In this document: positions 38,680 through 50,039 of the stretch, in pieces
Layout of the letters: each line of letters starts with the position of its first letter
Position numbering within the stretch: position 1 is the first letter of the stretch
NCBI GenBank assembly: GCA_029856145.1
Contig: JAHQWK010000002.1
Coordinates: 128,001-192,000, forward strand
From: Promethearchaeia archaeon
GTDB taxonomy: Archaea > Asgardarchaeota > Lokiarchaeia > Sigyniarchaeales > SOKP01
Length of the DNA stretch: 64,000 bases
Direction of reading: 5' to 3'
Position numbers and translations under genes: made by a program
The notes under the pieces: model-generated
What the model saw: only the letters and a program-made list of their open reading frames with translations
What the model was told of the DNA's origin: nothing
Database searches by the model: none

Positions 38680-41600
38680 TTGATTAATGTGGACGATAAA
38701 TCTGCTTATCCTTATATAACGAAATTTAAAAAAGAGCCTTTTAAATCATTTATAAATATTAAAAGGAAAGACATTAAAAGTTTTTACTATAGAAATTATG
38801 ATAAATTGATTGAATTCTATCAACACTTTAATCAAAACCTATTAAGAGTTCCCCAATTAAATTTGGAAGTTGTTCATTGGTTCTTATTACTTAGGAAATA
38901 TCTCAAAGAAGATAAAAGAGTAAATAGAGAAGAAATATTTAAATTTATAAAGAAATGTGAAGTTCATCAATACGAAAGCGTAGGATTCAAATTTTCTCCT
39001 TACTCTGATAAAATTCCTGACATTTATTCTACTTATTTAGCTTTATCTTGTCTTAAAAATCTAGGACTTTTAAAAGAATATCTAACTTCTGAGAAACAAA
39101 CCCAAATTAAAGGAGAAATTAAAAATTTCGTCTTGGCACACAAGAAAGGTAATAATTTTTTACATTGCCAAGATAAGGAATGTGAAACGTGTAAAAATTG
39201 TCAACCTGCTAGAATATTGTATTATGTATTGGAAATCTTCTCACTTTTAGGTGTTGATGTTCGTACTAATAGAGATAAATTTCGTTCATATCTCAGTGAT
39301 AGAAAAAAAGACTCTTCATTAATTTTTAGACTTTTATGCCTTAAACACTTAGATCTTGATTCCGAAGTTAAAGACAAAGAATTACAATTCCTTCAACAGC
39401 AGCAAAAAGAAAGTGGCGGATTTGGGTTTAATCAAGAAGCTAATATTAGTATCACTTTCTGGCTAGTTTACATTCTTGAATCATACTCATGGTTATTAGA
39501 CTATAATACCACAGGTATATATTCTTATATAAATCAGAAATTAGAAGAAAACTTAACTGTTCAAGAACAATGGAATTATGTTAAATTAATAGAAGTTTCA
39601 AGATTAGTTGTTCTTTTATCTTTGATTTGGCAGAAGTTTGTTGATGAAATTGAGAGGGTAGTATTTAAGCAATTAGAAAAAGAAAATTATATTGATATTA
39701 TTCAACTAAAGACTACTTTTGGTTTTGCAGAATATATTGAAGATATAATTTCATATATTAATCTTAACTATAATTTTAATTTAGAGATTATAGATAACGA
39801 GGCTGAATTCAAGAATTATCTTAGTGATCTTAGCCAAGGAAAAAAAAAATACTTCCAAATTTTTTATGACAAACTTAAGAATAATAGTATAATTTCTCTT
39901 ACAGATCTTCTAAAAAAGTACAAAACGTTTAATTATGAACCATTGAGATTAAGGGAAGATGTCTTCCCAATAATCAAAGAAATGGTCGATAGAAGGTTTT
40001 TTATTGGAAATATCAGAACAAAAAAAATTTTCTTAGGTTTTAAGACAAAACACTTATTTTATTTGAATTATCTTCTGAAGAAAATCATATTATCTGATAT
40101 GGATTTGAATACAGAAAGATTATATGAAGAAAAGGAAAAACTTGAAGATATTAAGAATGATATTTATAACATGACTTTAAAATTACAGCAGGTCACCTCC
40201 CAGATACGAGAAGAGATTGAAAGTTATCTTTTAATTGATGAGATTGATTATGCAAGAGAGAGGTTAAAATATATATTAAGAAATGCTTTAATGGAAGCTG
40301 ATTTTTTAAATGAAAATATAGAAAGTTCTTTTAATGAAATTCTTAAATATGTTAACATACAAGCAAGTTTAGGAGCAGAAATCTCTCAATGGAATAAATT
40401 ATATTCTGTTTTACAAAAGAGACTATCAGATGTAGGCGCTTATCTTCAAAGTAAAATTCAAGAAAAAGAAAATTTAAGAAATTTAAATAGTTTATTAGAA
40501 AATCTAAAAGAAAAAGTTGGTATTATAGAAGAAGATTTGAAAAAAAGATTAGATTCTTTCAGAACGCTTTTTTGTGATACTTTTGAGAAGGAATATGATA
40601 ATGAAAAATTAAATCTTATTATCCAAGATTTGGATAAAATGACTCAAAATGTAAGAAAATATGATGAAATAATATTTAACGTATCTCAACAGGTCACTAC
40701 TACGGAAAAGAAAATTGTTAAGAAACATAAAAAGACTATTGATAATTGGATAAAGGTCAAAGATTTTTTCAATGCTGAATTCAATTATTATATTGATGGA
40801 TTCCAACTTTTCAACATTAACTTACAAAAATTTGAGGAAATAAATAAACAAATAAGAACTGATATTAGTGAAATCGGTAAGAAGGCAAAAAGTAAAATAA
40901 TGGCAAATGAATTTCAGGAAGCCTTTAATATTACAAAGAAAGAAACTGATCTCTTATTAAATAAGAGATTAGATGAAATTAAGAAAGTTCAATTAATATT
41001 AAAACAAGAAATAAAAAAAAAGCAAAAGCTCTATATACTTTATCGGCACTTACAAGACAAATTGGAAGTTTTAGAATCCAATGTAATCGAATTATTTACA
41101 AATCATGTAAAGGTTTTAAAGAATAAAATCATAGAAGAAAGAAATCGAAGTAAATTAGAAGATTTTGATAATTTTGTGTCTCAAGAAAGTTCTGATCTCA
41201 AATCTCAATTGAAAACTATAAAAAATAATTTAAACCTTTCTCCTAATTCAACAATTGAGGAAGTTATAAAGACATTCAATACGTTTAATAGCAATTATGA
41301 AAAAATAAATAAGATCTATATAAAAAAATTAAATGATTGTAGTAAAAATATAGACAATTTTAAAGAAAAATCAGAATTAAACATAATTCAATGGGATAAA
41401 TTCAGTGATTTCTTAATCAACGAAATATCAGTTTTAAAAGATGAATATATTAACAATATTATTTCAAGTAAATTAAACATAATGGCTGTTGAGAAAAAAA
41501 CAGATAATATTAAATTAGTTGATTTAAAGGATGAGGTAAAATTATCTTGTAAAGTTCTCATCAATAGATTAAAAGATATGATTGATATTTCAAAAATCAA

Positions 41601-43089
41601 TGCCGAGCTTGATGAGGAAGAAAAATCTATTTTAGTATACACAAATTATTATTATTTAAATAAAGAACTTAAGAATTATATTGATAATAATTTATTAAAA
41701 TTAAATCGGGAGAGAATTGGCAAAATTTTAGCTTTATATGACTCAAGCATTAGAAATCGGACTTTGAACATAAATATGTTAGAGCTCCAAAATAGAATCA
41801 AGGATTTAAGAATATTTAAAGATGTTCTTCCAAAACAGTTCTATGAAAAGGTTAGAGAGCTTCAAATCAATCAAGAAAGAGAAGAATTTATTGAAACCAA
41901 AAATAATTTTGAATCAATTTTAGAAAATGAAAGAGTAGCTATAAAGAATATAAAACAAAGTCTAAAGTTATTTAATAAGATGCAGAGTTTTATCAGTCAA
42001 CAATTCAATACTCTTAACATTGGATTGAAAGCGTATACTAATAAAGTCTTCAAAGAAACAGAAAGTTATGATATTTATTTAAAAACCCAAGAAACTTTTG
42101 AGAACAATAGGCATAAAATTAACGAGGAATTGAAACAATCTCAAGATAAAATTGAAAAACAAATAAATTTAGTAGTCAACAAATCAGGTGATTCAAGTAA
42201 ATTAGTCCCTGAGATTAGAGAGTTATATGTGAAAATAAAAAATGATTTTTTAAATGATTATAACAGCAAAATTCAAAAAATTAATGATCATTTAAACATG
42301 ATGAAGATTGAGTCATTTCGTGAGCAGTTATTAACTCTTATTAATAAGAAAAAGATTCATTTAAGTCAATTACTTGGTAATTTAGAAAGAAAAGTAGAAG
42401 ATAATATAGAAATTAAAGAATTCAAGAGGAGTAACTTTTTAATTCAAAAGAGAGCAAAAAGTATTGAATTGGAGATCAAGGAGATCACCAAATCCATCGA
42501 TAATACAACAAAAGAATTTACTAAACAATCAAAAAATTTTAGACGAACATCTAAATTTATACTAGAAGATTTCAATAAATTCATTGACGAATATTCGGAA
42601 ATTTTAACTGAAAAAGTTAAAGCTTTGGAACGTTTAATATTAAAATCATATATAAATATGGCTCTTAAAGCAGTAGCAAATGAATATTTAACAATTGGGT
42701 TTTTAAACAATGAATTAAAAATAAAAAAGCAAAATCTACAAGACCATCTATTATTTCTAATTAGTAGTGGAGAACTAAATGGTAAATATGACCCAAGATT
42801 TACTATATACTATGAAAATCCAGAAATACTAGAAGATTTAGATGAAACTGAACTAGAAGTCATAAAAAACACTAATTTTAAAATAAATATGATGTTACGT
42901 CATCTAAAAAATTTTGCGAGCCAATATGGTAGTATTATAGCTTTTTTTGCTTCAGTTGTAACAATTTCATATTATTTGTTTCTTTTTAGTGGAGGTAATC
43001 CTGCCGTAATCGCTTTACCTATAGTAATTACAGTGCTTCTTATAGTATTTTATTTTTTAAGAAAAGACAAAGAAGAAAAAATTAAGTAG
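38680..43089 (+). CDS. Large protein: prenyltransferase/squalene-cyclase-type repeats, long coiled coils, PCI-like winged helices, two C-terminal TM helices
   Basis: GFKFSP...DIYSTYLAL and QQKESGGFG...TFW repeats; LLFLISSGELNGKYD and LKDMIDISKINAELD PCI-like motifs. Confidence 0.6.
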   Translation: MINVDDKSAYPYITKFKKEPFKSFINIKRKDIKSFYYRNYDKLIEFYQHFNQNLLRVPQLNLEVVHWFLLLRKYLKEDKRVNREEIFKFIKKCEVHQYESVGFKFSPYSDKIPDIYSTYLALSCLKNLGLLKEYLTSEKQTQIKGEIKNFVLAHKKGNNFLHCQDKECETCKNCQPARILYYVLEIFSLLGVDVRTNRDKFRSYLSDRKKDSSLIFRLLCLKHLDLDSEVKDKELQFLQQQQKESGGFGFNQEANISITFWLVYILESYSWLLDYNTTGIYSYINQKLEENLTVQEQWNYVKLIEVSRLVVLLSLIWQKFVDEIERVVFKQLEKENYIDIIQLKTTFGFAEYIEDIISYINLNYNFNLEIIDNEAEFKNYLSDLSQGKKKYFQIFYDKLKNNSIISLTDLLKKYKTFNYEPLRLREDVFPIIKEMVDRRFFIGNIRTKKIFLGFKTKHLFYLNYLLKKIILSDMDLNTERLYEEKEKLEDIKNDIYNMTLKLQQVTSQIREEIESYLLIDEIDYARERLKYILRNALMEADFLNENIESSFNEILKYVNIQASLGAEISQWNKLYSVLQKRLSDVGAYLQSKIQEKENLRNLNSLLENLKEKVGIIEEDLKKRLDSFRTLFCDTFEKEYDNEKLNLIIQDLDKMTQNVRKYDEIIFNVSQQVTTTEKKIVKKHKKTIDNWIKVKDFFNAEFNYYIDGFQLFNINLQKFEEINKQIRTDISEIGKKAKSKIMANEFQEAFNITKKETDLLLNKRLDEIKKVQLILKQEIKKKQKLYILYRHLQDKLEVLESNVIELFTNHVKVLKNKIIEERNRSKLEDFDNFVSQESSDLKSQLKTIKNNLNLSPNSTIEEVIKTFNTFNSNYEKINKIYIKKLNDCSKNIDNFKEKSELNIIQWDKFSDFLINEISVLKDEYINNIISSKLNIMAVEKKTDNIKLVDLKDEVKLSCKVLINRLKDMIDISKINAELDEEEKSILVYTNYYYLNKELKNYIDNNLLKLNRERIGKILALYDSSIRNRTLNINMLELQNRIKDLRIFKDVLPKQFYEKVRELQINQEREEFIETKNNFESILENERVAIKNIKQSLKLFNKMQSFISQQFNTLNIGLKAYTNKVFKETESYDIYLKTQETFENNRHKINEELKQSQDKIEKQINLVVNKSGDSSKLVPEIRELYVKIKNDFLNDYNSKIQKINDHLNMMKIESFREQLLTLINKKKIHLSQLLGNLERKVEDNIEIKEFKRSNFLIQKRAKSIELEIKEITKSIDNTTKEFTKQSKNFRRTSKFILEDFNKFIDEYSEILTEKVKALERLILKSYINMALKAVANEYLTIGFLNNELKIKKQNLQDHLLFLISSGELNGKYDPRFTIYYENPEILEDLDETELEVIKNTNFKINMMLRHLKNFASQYGSIIAFFASVVTISYYLFLFSGGNPAVIALPIVITVLLIVFYFLRKDKEEKIK

Positions 43090-43133
43090 CCATGGATTTT
43101 ACTTATTTTATTTTTTAATTTATTTATTACAGA

Positions 43134-45287
43134 TTAATCATAATCCATAACAAAATGTACTTGATTATCTAGTTTTTTAAGATATCCTAAAAAACACGCT
43201 TGATTAAAATGAATATGGAATTTACGATCAATGATCTCTTCATCGTGAGCAAGTTCTTGAAATTTATTGTAATCTAATGCCCTATCTATGCCATAAGTTT
43301 TAACAATATTTATTAATGATTTTATATTTTGATTTAAATAAATTTTTTGTTTATTACTTTGCTTAATTTTTTTTGATTTTAGTTTAATTATTTTTTCTCG
43401 AAGGTTTGATTCAGTAAATTTTATAAAATCGGAGTAAAATGTTACACCACACTGTTTAAGGTGGTTATATTCTTTGGTATCACAGAAATCATCTAATTGT
43501 GTGATAATTTCTTCTATAGATCGATTGGCTAAATGTTTTTGTTCTAATTTTTTTCTGTCTCTAAAATTTTTAAGAATCTCAAATCCCGAGCTTTGAACTC
43601 TTTGCTCAGGAAATTTAATGTTCTTACGTTCTAAAGATTTTGCTAATCTCAATTGCATAGGATCAGAAAGAACCGCGTTCATTGATTTTTCTTTTCTTCG
43701 AGCAACAATGTAAAAAGGAATGTCAACTGTTTCTTCAGTTACAAGTATATAGCATCTTCCTGGAGCATTTCTACCAGTTCTTCCCCGTCTTTGAATTAAC
43801 CTGATTTCTGAAGGAACAGGTTCAAAAAAGATGATAGCATCTACATTTGGAATATCTAAACCTTCCTCAGCAACACTTGTGGCGACTAAAATGTTTATCA
43901 ATCCTTCTCTAAACTTTTCTAAGATTTCTATTTGTATTCGTTGGGGAAATCCAATATCATTCATTTTAGTTGCTTGACCAATGAATTTTTCAATTTTCAG
44001 TTGTTCATTAAATTCAGTTTGTAATATATTTTTAAGAAATTCTGCCATTTCCCGGAATTGGGTGAAAATTAGTATTTTTTTATTTTTAAATTCTTCAATC
44101 TCCTCTTTAATAATTGATATAATCTTTTTTAATTTAGGATGGGATAGGTTTATATGATCTTCACTTTCAATTACGGAATTTATATAGTTAAAATGTTCTG
44201 AATTGGCAATTCTTTTGGCAGATAAGATATCCTTGTTTGCTTTGTAATTAATTTTATCTAAAAATGATTTAAAAAGAGAGATATCCTGTGTCTCTAATAA
44301 ATCTTTAGCATGAAGTATAGATATACAACTTGAACAATATGAATATATAGAAGGGATATCAAGTTGGTTTTCTTTAACTATATCTATGATCCTTGGAGAA
44401 ACATAATACAAAGACTCTAAATATTCATCTTCGGATAATTCTATTCCTTCCCCTTTTTCATATTGTATAGATAATGTTAAATCTCGAGCGATTCCTAGGA
44501 AATCCAATTTAGAGTAGTATGGCTTATTTGGAGCTATAAGATTATTTTTGACAAACCATTTCAAATAGATTTCGAATAAATTATACCAAACTGTACTTAG
44601 CTCTCTCAATTCAATAGGTAAATCTATTAAATTAATAAAAGTATCGATATCATGGATATAATCTTTTAAATCTTTATCTTCATAATTTTTAAAGACAATA
44701 TTTTCAGTATATAAATTATCGCAGATTTGCTGAATGCGTTCATAATTCTTTCCGGGTGAAGCTGTTAGCCCAAATATTAAGGGATCCGTGCATGTGTTAA
44801 TATATTCTTTTGAAATTAAGTTATACGCATAATTACCTTTAGTTTTATGAGCCTCATCGAAAATAATTAGTGAAACTTGTGCTAAATTATATCTACCTCT
44901 CATTAAATCATTTTTTATTACTTGGGGTGTAGAAACTATAATTTTTGAATTTTGAAATAATAAAATTCTTTTTTCTGGAGGGATTTTCCCTGTAAATAAA
45001 GTAATTTCATTTACATCAATATCAAGAAACTTTTCACAAGAAGTTTTATGCTGTGCAACTAATGGTCGTGTAGGAGCAAGGATTATTATTTTTGCTCTTG
45101 AATATTTTTTCAAACGATTAGCTATTAATAAAATACCAATTATAGTTTTTCCTAACCCAGTTGGTAAAACTACTAATGAATTCTTATTTTTACAGCTGTT
45201 TACTATATTTTTTTGATATTCTCTATATAAAATTTGGTTCTTTTTCAAGAATGGTCCATTTAAATATAGATTAGGTTCATCTTTCAT
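43134..45287 (-). CDS. hef: Hef/FANCM/Mph1-like SF2 DNA helicase lacking the ERCC4 nuclease domain
   Basis: LPTGLGKT, APTRPL, DEAH, LTASPG, ATSVAEEGLDIP, QRRGRTGR; no ERK nuclease motif. Confidence 0.85.
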   Translation of the reverse strand: MKDEPNLYLNGPFLKKNQILYREYQKNIVNSCKNKNSLVVLPTGLGKTIIGILLIANRLKKYSRAKIIILAPTRPLVAQHKTSCEKFLDIDVNEITLFTGKIPPEKRILLFQNSKIIVSTPQVIKNDLMRGRYNLAQVSLIIFDEAHKTKGNYAYNLISKEYINTCTDPLIFGLTASPGKNYERIQQICDNLYTENIVFKNYEDKDLKDYIHDIDTFINLIDLPIELRELSTVWYNLFEIYLKWFVKNNLIAPNKPYYSKLDFLGIARDLTLSIQYEKGEGIELSEDEYLESLYYVSPRIIDIVKENQLDIPSIYSYCSSCISILHAKDLLETQDISLFKSFLDKINYKANKDILSAKRIANSEHFNYINSVIESEDHINLSHPKLKKIISIIKEEIEEFKNKKILIFTQFREMAEFLKNILQTEFNEQLKIEKFIGQATKMNDIGFPQRIQIEILEKFREGLINILVATSVAEEGLDIPNVDAIIFFEPVPSEIRLIQRRGRTGRNAPGRCYILVTEETVDIPFYIVARRKEKSMNAVLSDPMQLRLAKSLERKNIKFPEQRVQSSGFEILKNFRDRKKLEQKHLANRSIEEIITQLDDFCDTKEYNHLKQCGVTFYSDFIKFTESNLREKIIKLKSKKIKQSNKQKIYLNQNIKSLINIVKTYGIDRALDYNKFQELAHDEEIIDRKFHIHFNQACFLGYLKKLDNQVHFVMDYD

Positions 45288-45434
45288 ATTTAAAATTACT
45301 GAAGATTATTTCCTTTTAAAAATAACATCGCTGTAAGATTTTTATAATATTAAAATGACTTCTACCTAATAGAAGCTAATTATTAATTTAGAAATAAGTT
45401 AATAAATTCCTTATATTTATAGAAAATAATATAA

Positions 45435-46448
45435 TTAGTCTTTCTTAGTAGGAAAAAATATAATCTTCTTTTTTGTATCTACTCGTCTTATTAGGTTCTT
45501 ATTTTCGAGCAGTTTTAATGTTAAAACAACCCAACCTCTAGCTACTTGACGGAGAAATCTACTATTATTGGAATAAATAGCTCTAATTATCTCTTTTGGA
45601 GAAATTCCATTCTCTGAATTATTATAAATTATATCCAATACTTGCTTTTCCCGGTCTTTTCTATGTCTTAATATATCTGCTATTCTTTCTCTAGGATTTT
45701 CTATTGGGCTCCCATGAGCGGCAAGAATTAATTTAAGATTAGATAATTTCTCAATTTTTTTAATAGTTTCTACATATTCTGCTATATCAGAATTTGGAGG
45801 TCCAAGCCAAGTAGTTATAGACCTTAAAATATTATCTCCCGAAAATAATATTCCTTTATCCTCGTTGTAAAGAGAAATATGGTCTATAGCATGTCCGGGG
45901 GAAGGGAAAACTTTCCAAGATTCTCCATTAATTAAGATCTCTGAGTTATCTTCAATAACATCCTCCGGATCATCTATATAAGATGCCCCAAATATCCTTT
46001 GATAAAACACTCTTGAACCAACGTTTCTTAAAAAATTGAGGATTTTACTGGTTGCTTTTTTTCGAATTCTCAAATAATCTTCGTAAGCATCTGTTTCAAA
46101 AGTTTCTATAAAACTTCTTTTATCTTTAATAATTTCCTGGCTTTTTTTCGTTAAAACTATATTTATTCCTAAAGCCTTTCTTATTCGTTTTAAACCGCTA
46201 AAATGATCAGGATGACAATGAGATACAAGAATTCGTGTGAGTTTGAACTCTTTGTTTTGCTCTTCAAAATAATTCTCAATTTCTTTCAACTCTTTAATTA
46301 AATATTTTACAACTCTTTTTGATCCATAACCCGCATCATAAATAATTCCATCTGAACCAGCTAAAACATAAATATTTTCTGGGGGTTTAATTACTCCAAA
46401 GGTCCCTTTTTCCTTTATTAAAAAAATACCCGGATATACTTCTCTCAT
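45435..46448 (-). CDS. MBL-fold metallo-hydrolase (LACTB2-like) with C-terminal winged helix
   Basis: SHCHPDH, PGHAIDH, FSGD, AHG. Confidence 0.85.
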   Translation of the reverse strand: MREVYPGIFLIKEKGTFGVIKPPENIYVLAGSDGIIYDAGYGSKRVVKYLIKELKEIENYFEEQNKEFKLTRILVSHCHPDHFSGLKRIRKALGINIVLTKKSQEIIKDKRSFIETFETDAYEDYLRIRKKATSKILNFLRNVGSRVFYQRIFGASYIDDPEDVIEDNSEILINGESWKVFPSPGHAIDHISLYNEDKGILFSGDNILRSITTWLGPPNSDIAEYVETIKKIEKLSNLKLILAAHGSPIENPRERIADILRHRKDREKQVLDIIYNNSENGISPKEIIRAIYSNNSRFLRQVARGWVVLTLKLLENKNLIRRVDTKKKIIFFPTKKD

Positions 46449-46504
46449 TCAATTTTTATAAATTTCCAAAATATTTATTACTTGGTCTTATAAAGATAAT
46501 AATT

Positions 46505-47053
46505 ATGACATATGCAATTGTACTGTCATTTGATGATGATAGCTCTTTCCCCATAAAACAGGTGTTTAAAAAATTTTGCGAAGAAAAGATTAGTTCTATA
46601 CTTTACGAGATAAATATGAAACCACATATTACTTTAAGTATTTATGAAAGTATTGATGCTCAAACTGCAAAAGATAGATTGTTCCTCTTTTGTATTGAAA
46701 ATAAACCATTAAAAATTCAAATTAGTAGTATTGGATATTTTCCCTCAGAAGAAAGCGTACTTTTTTTAAATCCTAAAGCAACTAACGAGCTGCTTAACAT
46801 TCAACAGAAGATTTTTAGCCTTTTTAAAGATTTTGAAGCTGAAATCTCTCCGATAACATGGGTTCCTCACTGTACACTCGGGATTAATCTTCAAAAGGAA
46901 GCTATTGCTAAAGCTATTGATATTATCAAAGAAGATATACTTATGACAAAAGAAAAACCATTTTACATCCAAGCTACAACAATTTCGTTAGTTAAATTTG
47001 AACGAGAAACATTAAAGATTGATTATTGGATAGATTATCCACTTAAGGGATGA
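46505..47053 (+). CDS. 2H phosphoesterase (2'-5' RNA ligase-like family)
   Basis: PHITL and PHCTL HxT motifs. Confidence 0.85.
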   Translation: MTYAIVLSFDDDSSFPIKQVFKKFCEEKISSILYEINMKPHITLSIYESIDAQTAKDRLFLFCIENKPLKIQISSIGYFPSEESVLFLNPKATNELLNIQQKIFSLFKDFEAEISPITWVPHCTLGINLQKEAIAKAIDIIKEDILMTKEKPFYIQATTISLVKFERETLKIDYWIDYPLKG

Positions 47054-47323
47054 AGATATTCATAAAAAAAGAAATTAGCAAAAAAATTGAAATGAGAATT
47101 TAATTATTATTTATTCATCTTTTTCAATTACAGTATTTATTCCTAAGTTTCTCAATTGGTGCTCTAGATCTGTTGTACTAAGAAATCCATTTTTTTGCCA
47201 AACTAAATATTATGACTAATTATTAATACGATTTAATTGATTGAAAAAGGACTTTCTATTTATTAATTAATCTTCATTCTTGGTATAGAATCAAATACTA
47301 TTATGGATATAATATATTAAAAA

Positions 47324-47860
47324 ATGAATGGTCAAAGGAAAATTGATGGAAATGATTTATATTTCTTTCCTAAATATGTGTCAAAGATAGAGGAAAAAGA
47401 AAAGAATTATGAAAAAATCGTTCAAAAGAATTTAGCTATTTTAGAACTTGATAAGGAAACCTATGAAAAACATGAATCTTTTGGGGATTATATTTACCAA
47501 TATGGTACATCTCTTCTGAATAATGGTTTCCTTGTAGAAGCTGGATTAATATTGAGTGGCGTTTATGGATCTGAAAATTGGGATAATATGTTTCCTTACG
47601 CTTTATTGGAAAAAGCTCGAATAGCTGCAATTTTAGAAGAGGAAGAATTTTTATTTGATTTTCTAAGATGGACATTTGCAGCAGAAGCTTATTTTAAAGA
47701 TTCAGTCGGGGGAAAAAAAGTATATCTTAAGAGAAGGATATTAATTTATTCAGCATTTGAGAAATACAGAGATTTACCTCGTTTTAGACAAATTATTGAC
47801 CATAATTATACTGAGGAAGAATTAGACGAATTTTATAAGGAATTAGATGACTTCTTATGA
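47324..47860 (+). CDS. Hypothetical helical (TPR-like) protein
   Basis: 178-aa ORF with helical pattern. Confidence 0.5.
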   Translation: MNGQRKIDGNDLYFFPKYVSKIEEKEKNYEKIVQKNLAILELDKETYEKHESFGDYIYQYGTSLLNNGFLVEAGLILSGVYGSENWDNMFPYALLEKARIAAILEEEEFLFDFLRWTFAAEAYFKDSVGGKKVYLKRRILIYSAFEKYRDLPRFRQIIDHNYTEEELDEFYKELDDFL

Positions 47861-47966
47861 AAGAGTTCAAGGATAACGAGTTCATTACTCTCTAACTAGA
47901 AAATAACAACAACATCCTGAATTTATTATCATAAATTTGATATTCTTCTTAAGTATTAAGTTTTAT

Positions 47967-49007
47967 CTAATTAAAATTTGAGTATTTTGTACTTTTTATT
48001 ATTTTTACTCCTTTTTTTTTAAGGACAAGTAGTTTTTCAAGTATTTCTTTATTAATGCAATTATTAAATTCAAAAATCTCTAATTTTTTCAAAGAGATAA
48101 TAGGGAAGGCATCTCCTAAACTGTTTTTAGATGAACTATAGATTTTCAAATATTGCAGATTTGGGAAAATGTTGAAGATTTTAGAAGGAATTTCTAATAG
48201 AGATTGATGATAGATTTCTAATCCAACTATCGATTCAAGTTTAACTTTTGAAAAATCTATTGTAAGTTCTTCTAAATCACCTAAATAAATTATCAAATTT
48301 CTTAGACCTTTAAAAGCTGAGAATTTCATAAAAAAATGATAAGATTCTGCAGACATATCAAATTCAAAAACGTAAACGTGTCCATTTTCTATTGTTAAAT
48401 ATCGTTCCGAGGGGCTTAATCTGTGGCGGACTTTATCTTCATCAAATGATAACACAATATCATAAGTTATTCCTAAACGTTTCATATATTCAATAATATC
48501 TAATAAAAGAGAGCTTTCCTCAAAATTTAAACCCCCGACTATTAACTCCTCCATAGTTAAATAGTTGAGAAAGCCCTCATATTCTAAATAGTGTTTAGTA
48601 TTATATGAACCATATACATACCTATGAGCAATTTCATCTATCAACTTTCTTTTAGCTTTTATATCACCTACTTCCGAAAGACGCTTTAATAGAGGGAACG
48701 CCAAATTAGTTTCTAAAAAATTCGCGTTATAATCATTCTCAGCCCAAACTTGAAGATTGGAACAGTGAACCCAGAATTCTGTTAACGGAGTTATACCATA
48801 TTTTTCTAGATCCTCTCCTTCAATAATCTCAGACGATTCAATTATTTCATCCATAGTTTCTACTTCATTGACCTTGTTTTTTGGGAAATTTAGAATTGCT
48901 GTTTTACAAATAAGGAATTCTTCTCCACCAATGTAAATTTTAGTTTTTCCATTCTCCAACCTAAGTGTCAAATGACTATTTATTTCAAATTCTTTTTCGT
49001 CAATCAT
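47967..49007 (-). CDS. Lokiarchaeal LRR-associated family protein with degenerate C-terminal LRRs
   Basis: EFEINSHLTLRLENGKT, EFWVHCSNLQVWAENDY, LAFPLLKRL; FPNLQYLKI, LKKLEIFEF. Confidence 0.65.
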   Translation of the reverse strand: MIDEKEFEINSHLTLRLENGKTKIYIGGEEFLICKTAILNFPKNKVNEVETMDEIIESSEIIEGEDLEKYGITPLTEFWVHCSNLQVWAENDYNANFLETNLAFPLLKRLSEVGDIKAKRKLIDEIAHRYVYGSYNTKHYLEYEGFLNYLTMEELIVGGLNFEESSLLLDIIEYMKRLGITYDIVLSFDEDKVRHRLSPSERYLTIENGHVYVFEFDMSAESYHFFMKFSAFKGLRNLIIYLGDLEELTIDFSKVKLESIVGLEIYHQSLLEIPSKIFNIFPNLQYLKIYSSSKNSLGDAFPIISLKKLEIFEFNNCINKEILEKLLVLKKKGVKIIKSTKYSNFN

Positions 49008-49214
49008 TCCTAATTTTAAAATATCAATTTCTTAAAATATATTTTCACTCTCTATGTGCAAAGTAAACTTCTATGTAAAAAAAATTTTATAATTTAATTA
49101 TAAAAAGTGATATTCTTATAAACTAGATTGACTAAATTTATTAGAAAAATATAAAAAGAGATAAAGAAAAAAAAAAGAAAAGATATATTTTATCCAATTG
49201 GATTTTCAAGAAAA

Positions 49215-49424
49215 CTAAAAGTACTTGATTGCTAATAAGATGTCGTCCCGAGTTACTTTCTTTCTTTTGGAATGTTTGGTTAATGATAAAGCAGTTTTTG
49301 TGATTTTTTCTGCTGATTGACCCATCCAATCAACTAATTCATTTACTGCATCGCGAGCAACAATAACTGCACCATTGTGTTTCATTAATCTTCTAATAGG
49401 ACTCCAACTAATATATTCGGACAT
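49215..49424 (-). CDS. Archaeal histone
   Basis: SPIRRLMK, VARDA, HSKRKKVTRDDI histone fold; GGAGG SD before ATG 49424. Confidence 0.9.
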   Translation of the reverse strand: MSEYISWSPIRRLMKHNGAVIVARDAVNELVDWMGQSAEKITKTALSLTKHSKRKKVTRDDILLAIKYF

Positions 49425-50039
49425 TTTATATTCCTCCACTATATTATTAATTTTTGTAATTTTTATTGAAATTTGTTATTTTTTAAGAGTTTGTTATATA
49501 GATATACATCTTTTAGATATTTAAAGATTTTTATTCAAGCTTAGTTTTATGGAGAAAAAAATGAAAAAAATACAACGACAAAATTCCAAAATAGGAAGTT
49601 GATCAATCTCGTGAAAGTTAAGATAATTTTATGGAATCTTCATATGTGTCGAAGTTTGAGAGTTTTATATATATTTTCACTTCTAATTTCTATTAAATAA
49701 ATAAAGTGATTAATTTAAAAAAAAATAAAGAAAAAATAATCAAATTCTGAAACGCTGCATACATAATTTTTTTAAGATTTGTAACATAAACTTTTTTGAA
49801 ATTTATTTCACTTAGAGCCTTCTATATAAAATCTCTAAGACTTTTTGATAATCAAGTAGCGGAAAAAGAAGTAAAACATATTTTAGGGTTAGGATTTCGA
49901 TCTAATATATCATTAAGTTTAAATATTGATTGTTTTTAGATGAAAAAATATTTCAATATTTCAATCATCTAACAATAATGATCAAATATCAGTAAGTTAA
50001 TTATTAACATTAATATATTCTATTTCAGAATCTACTATT

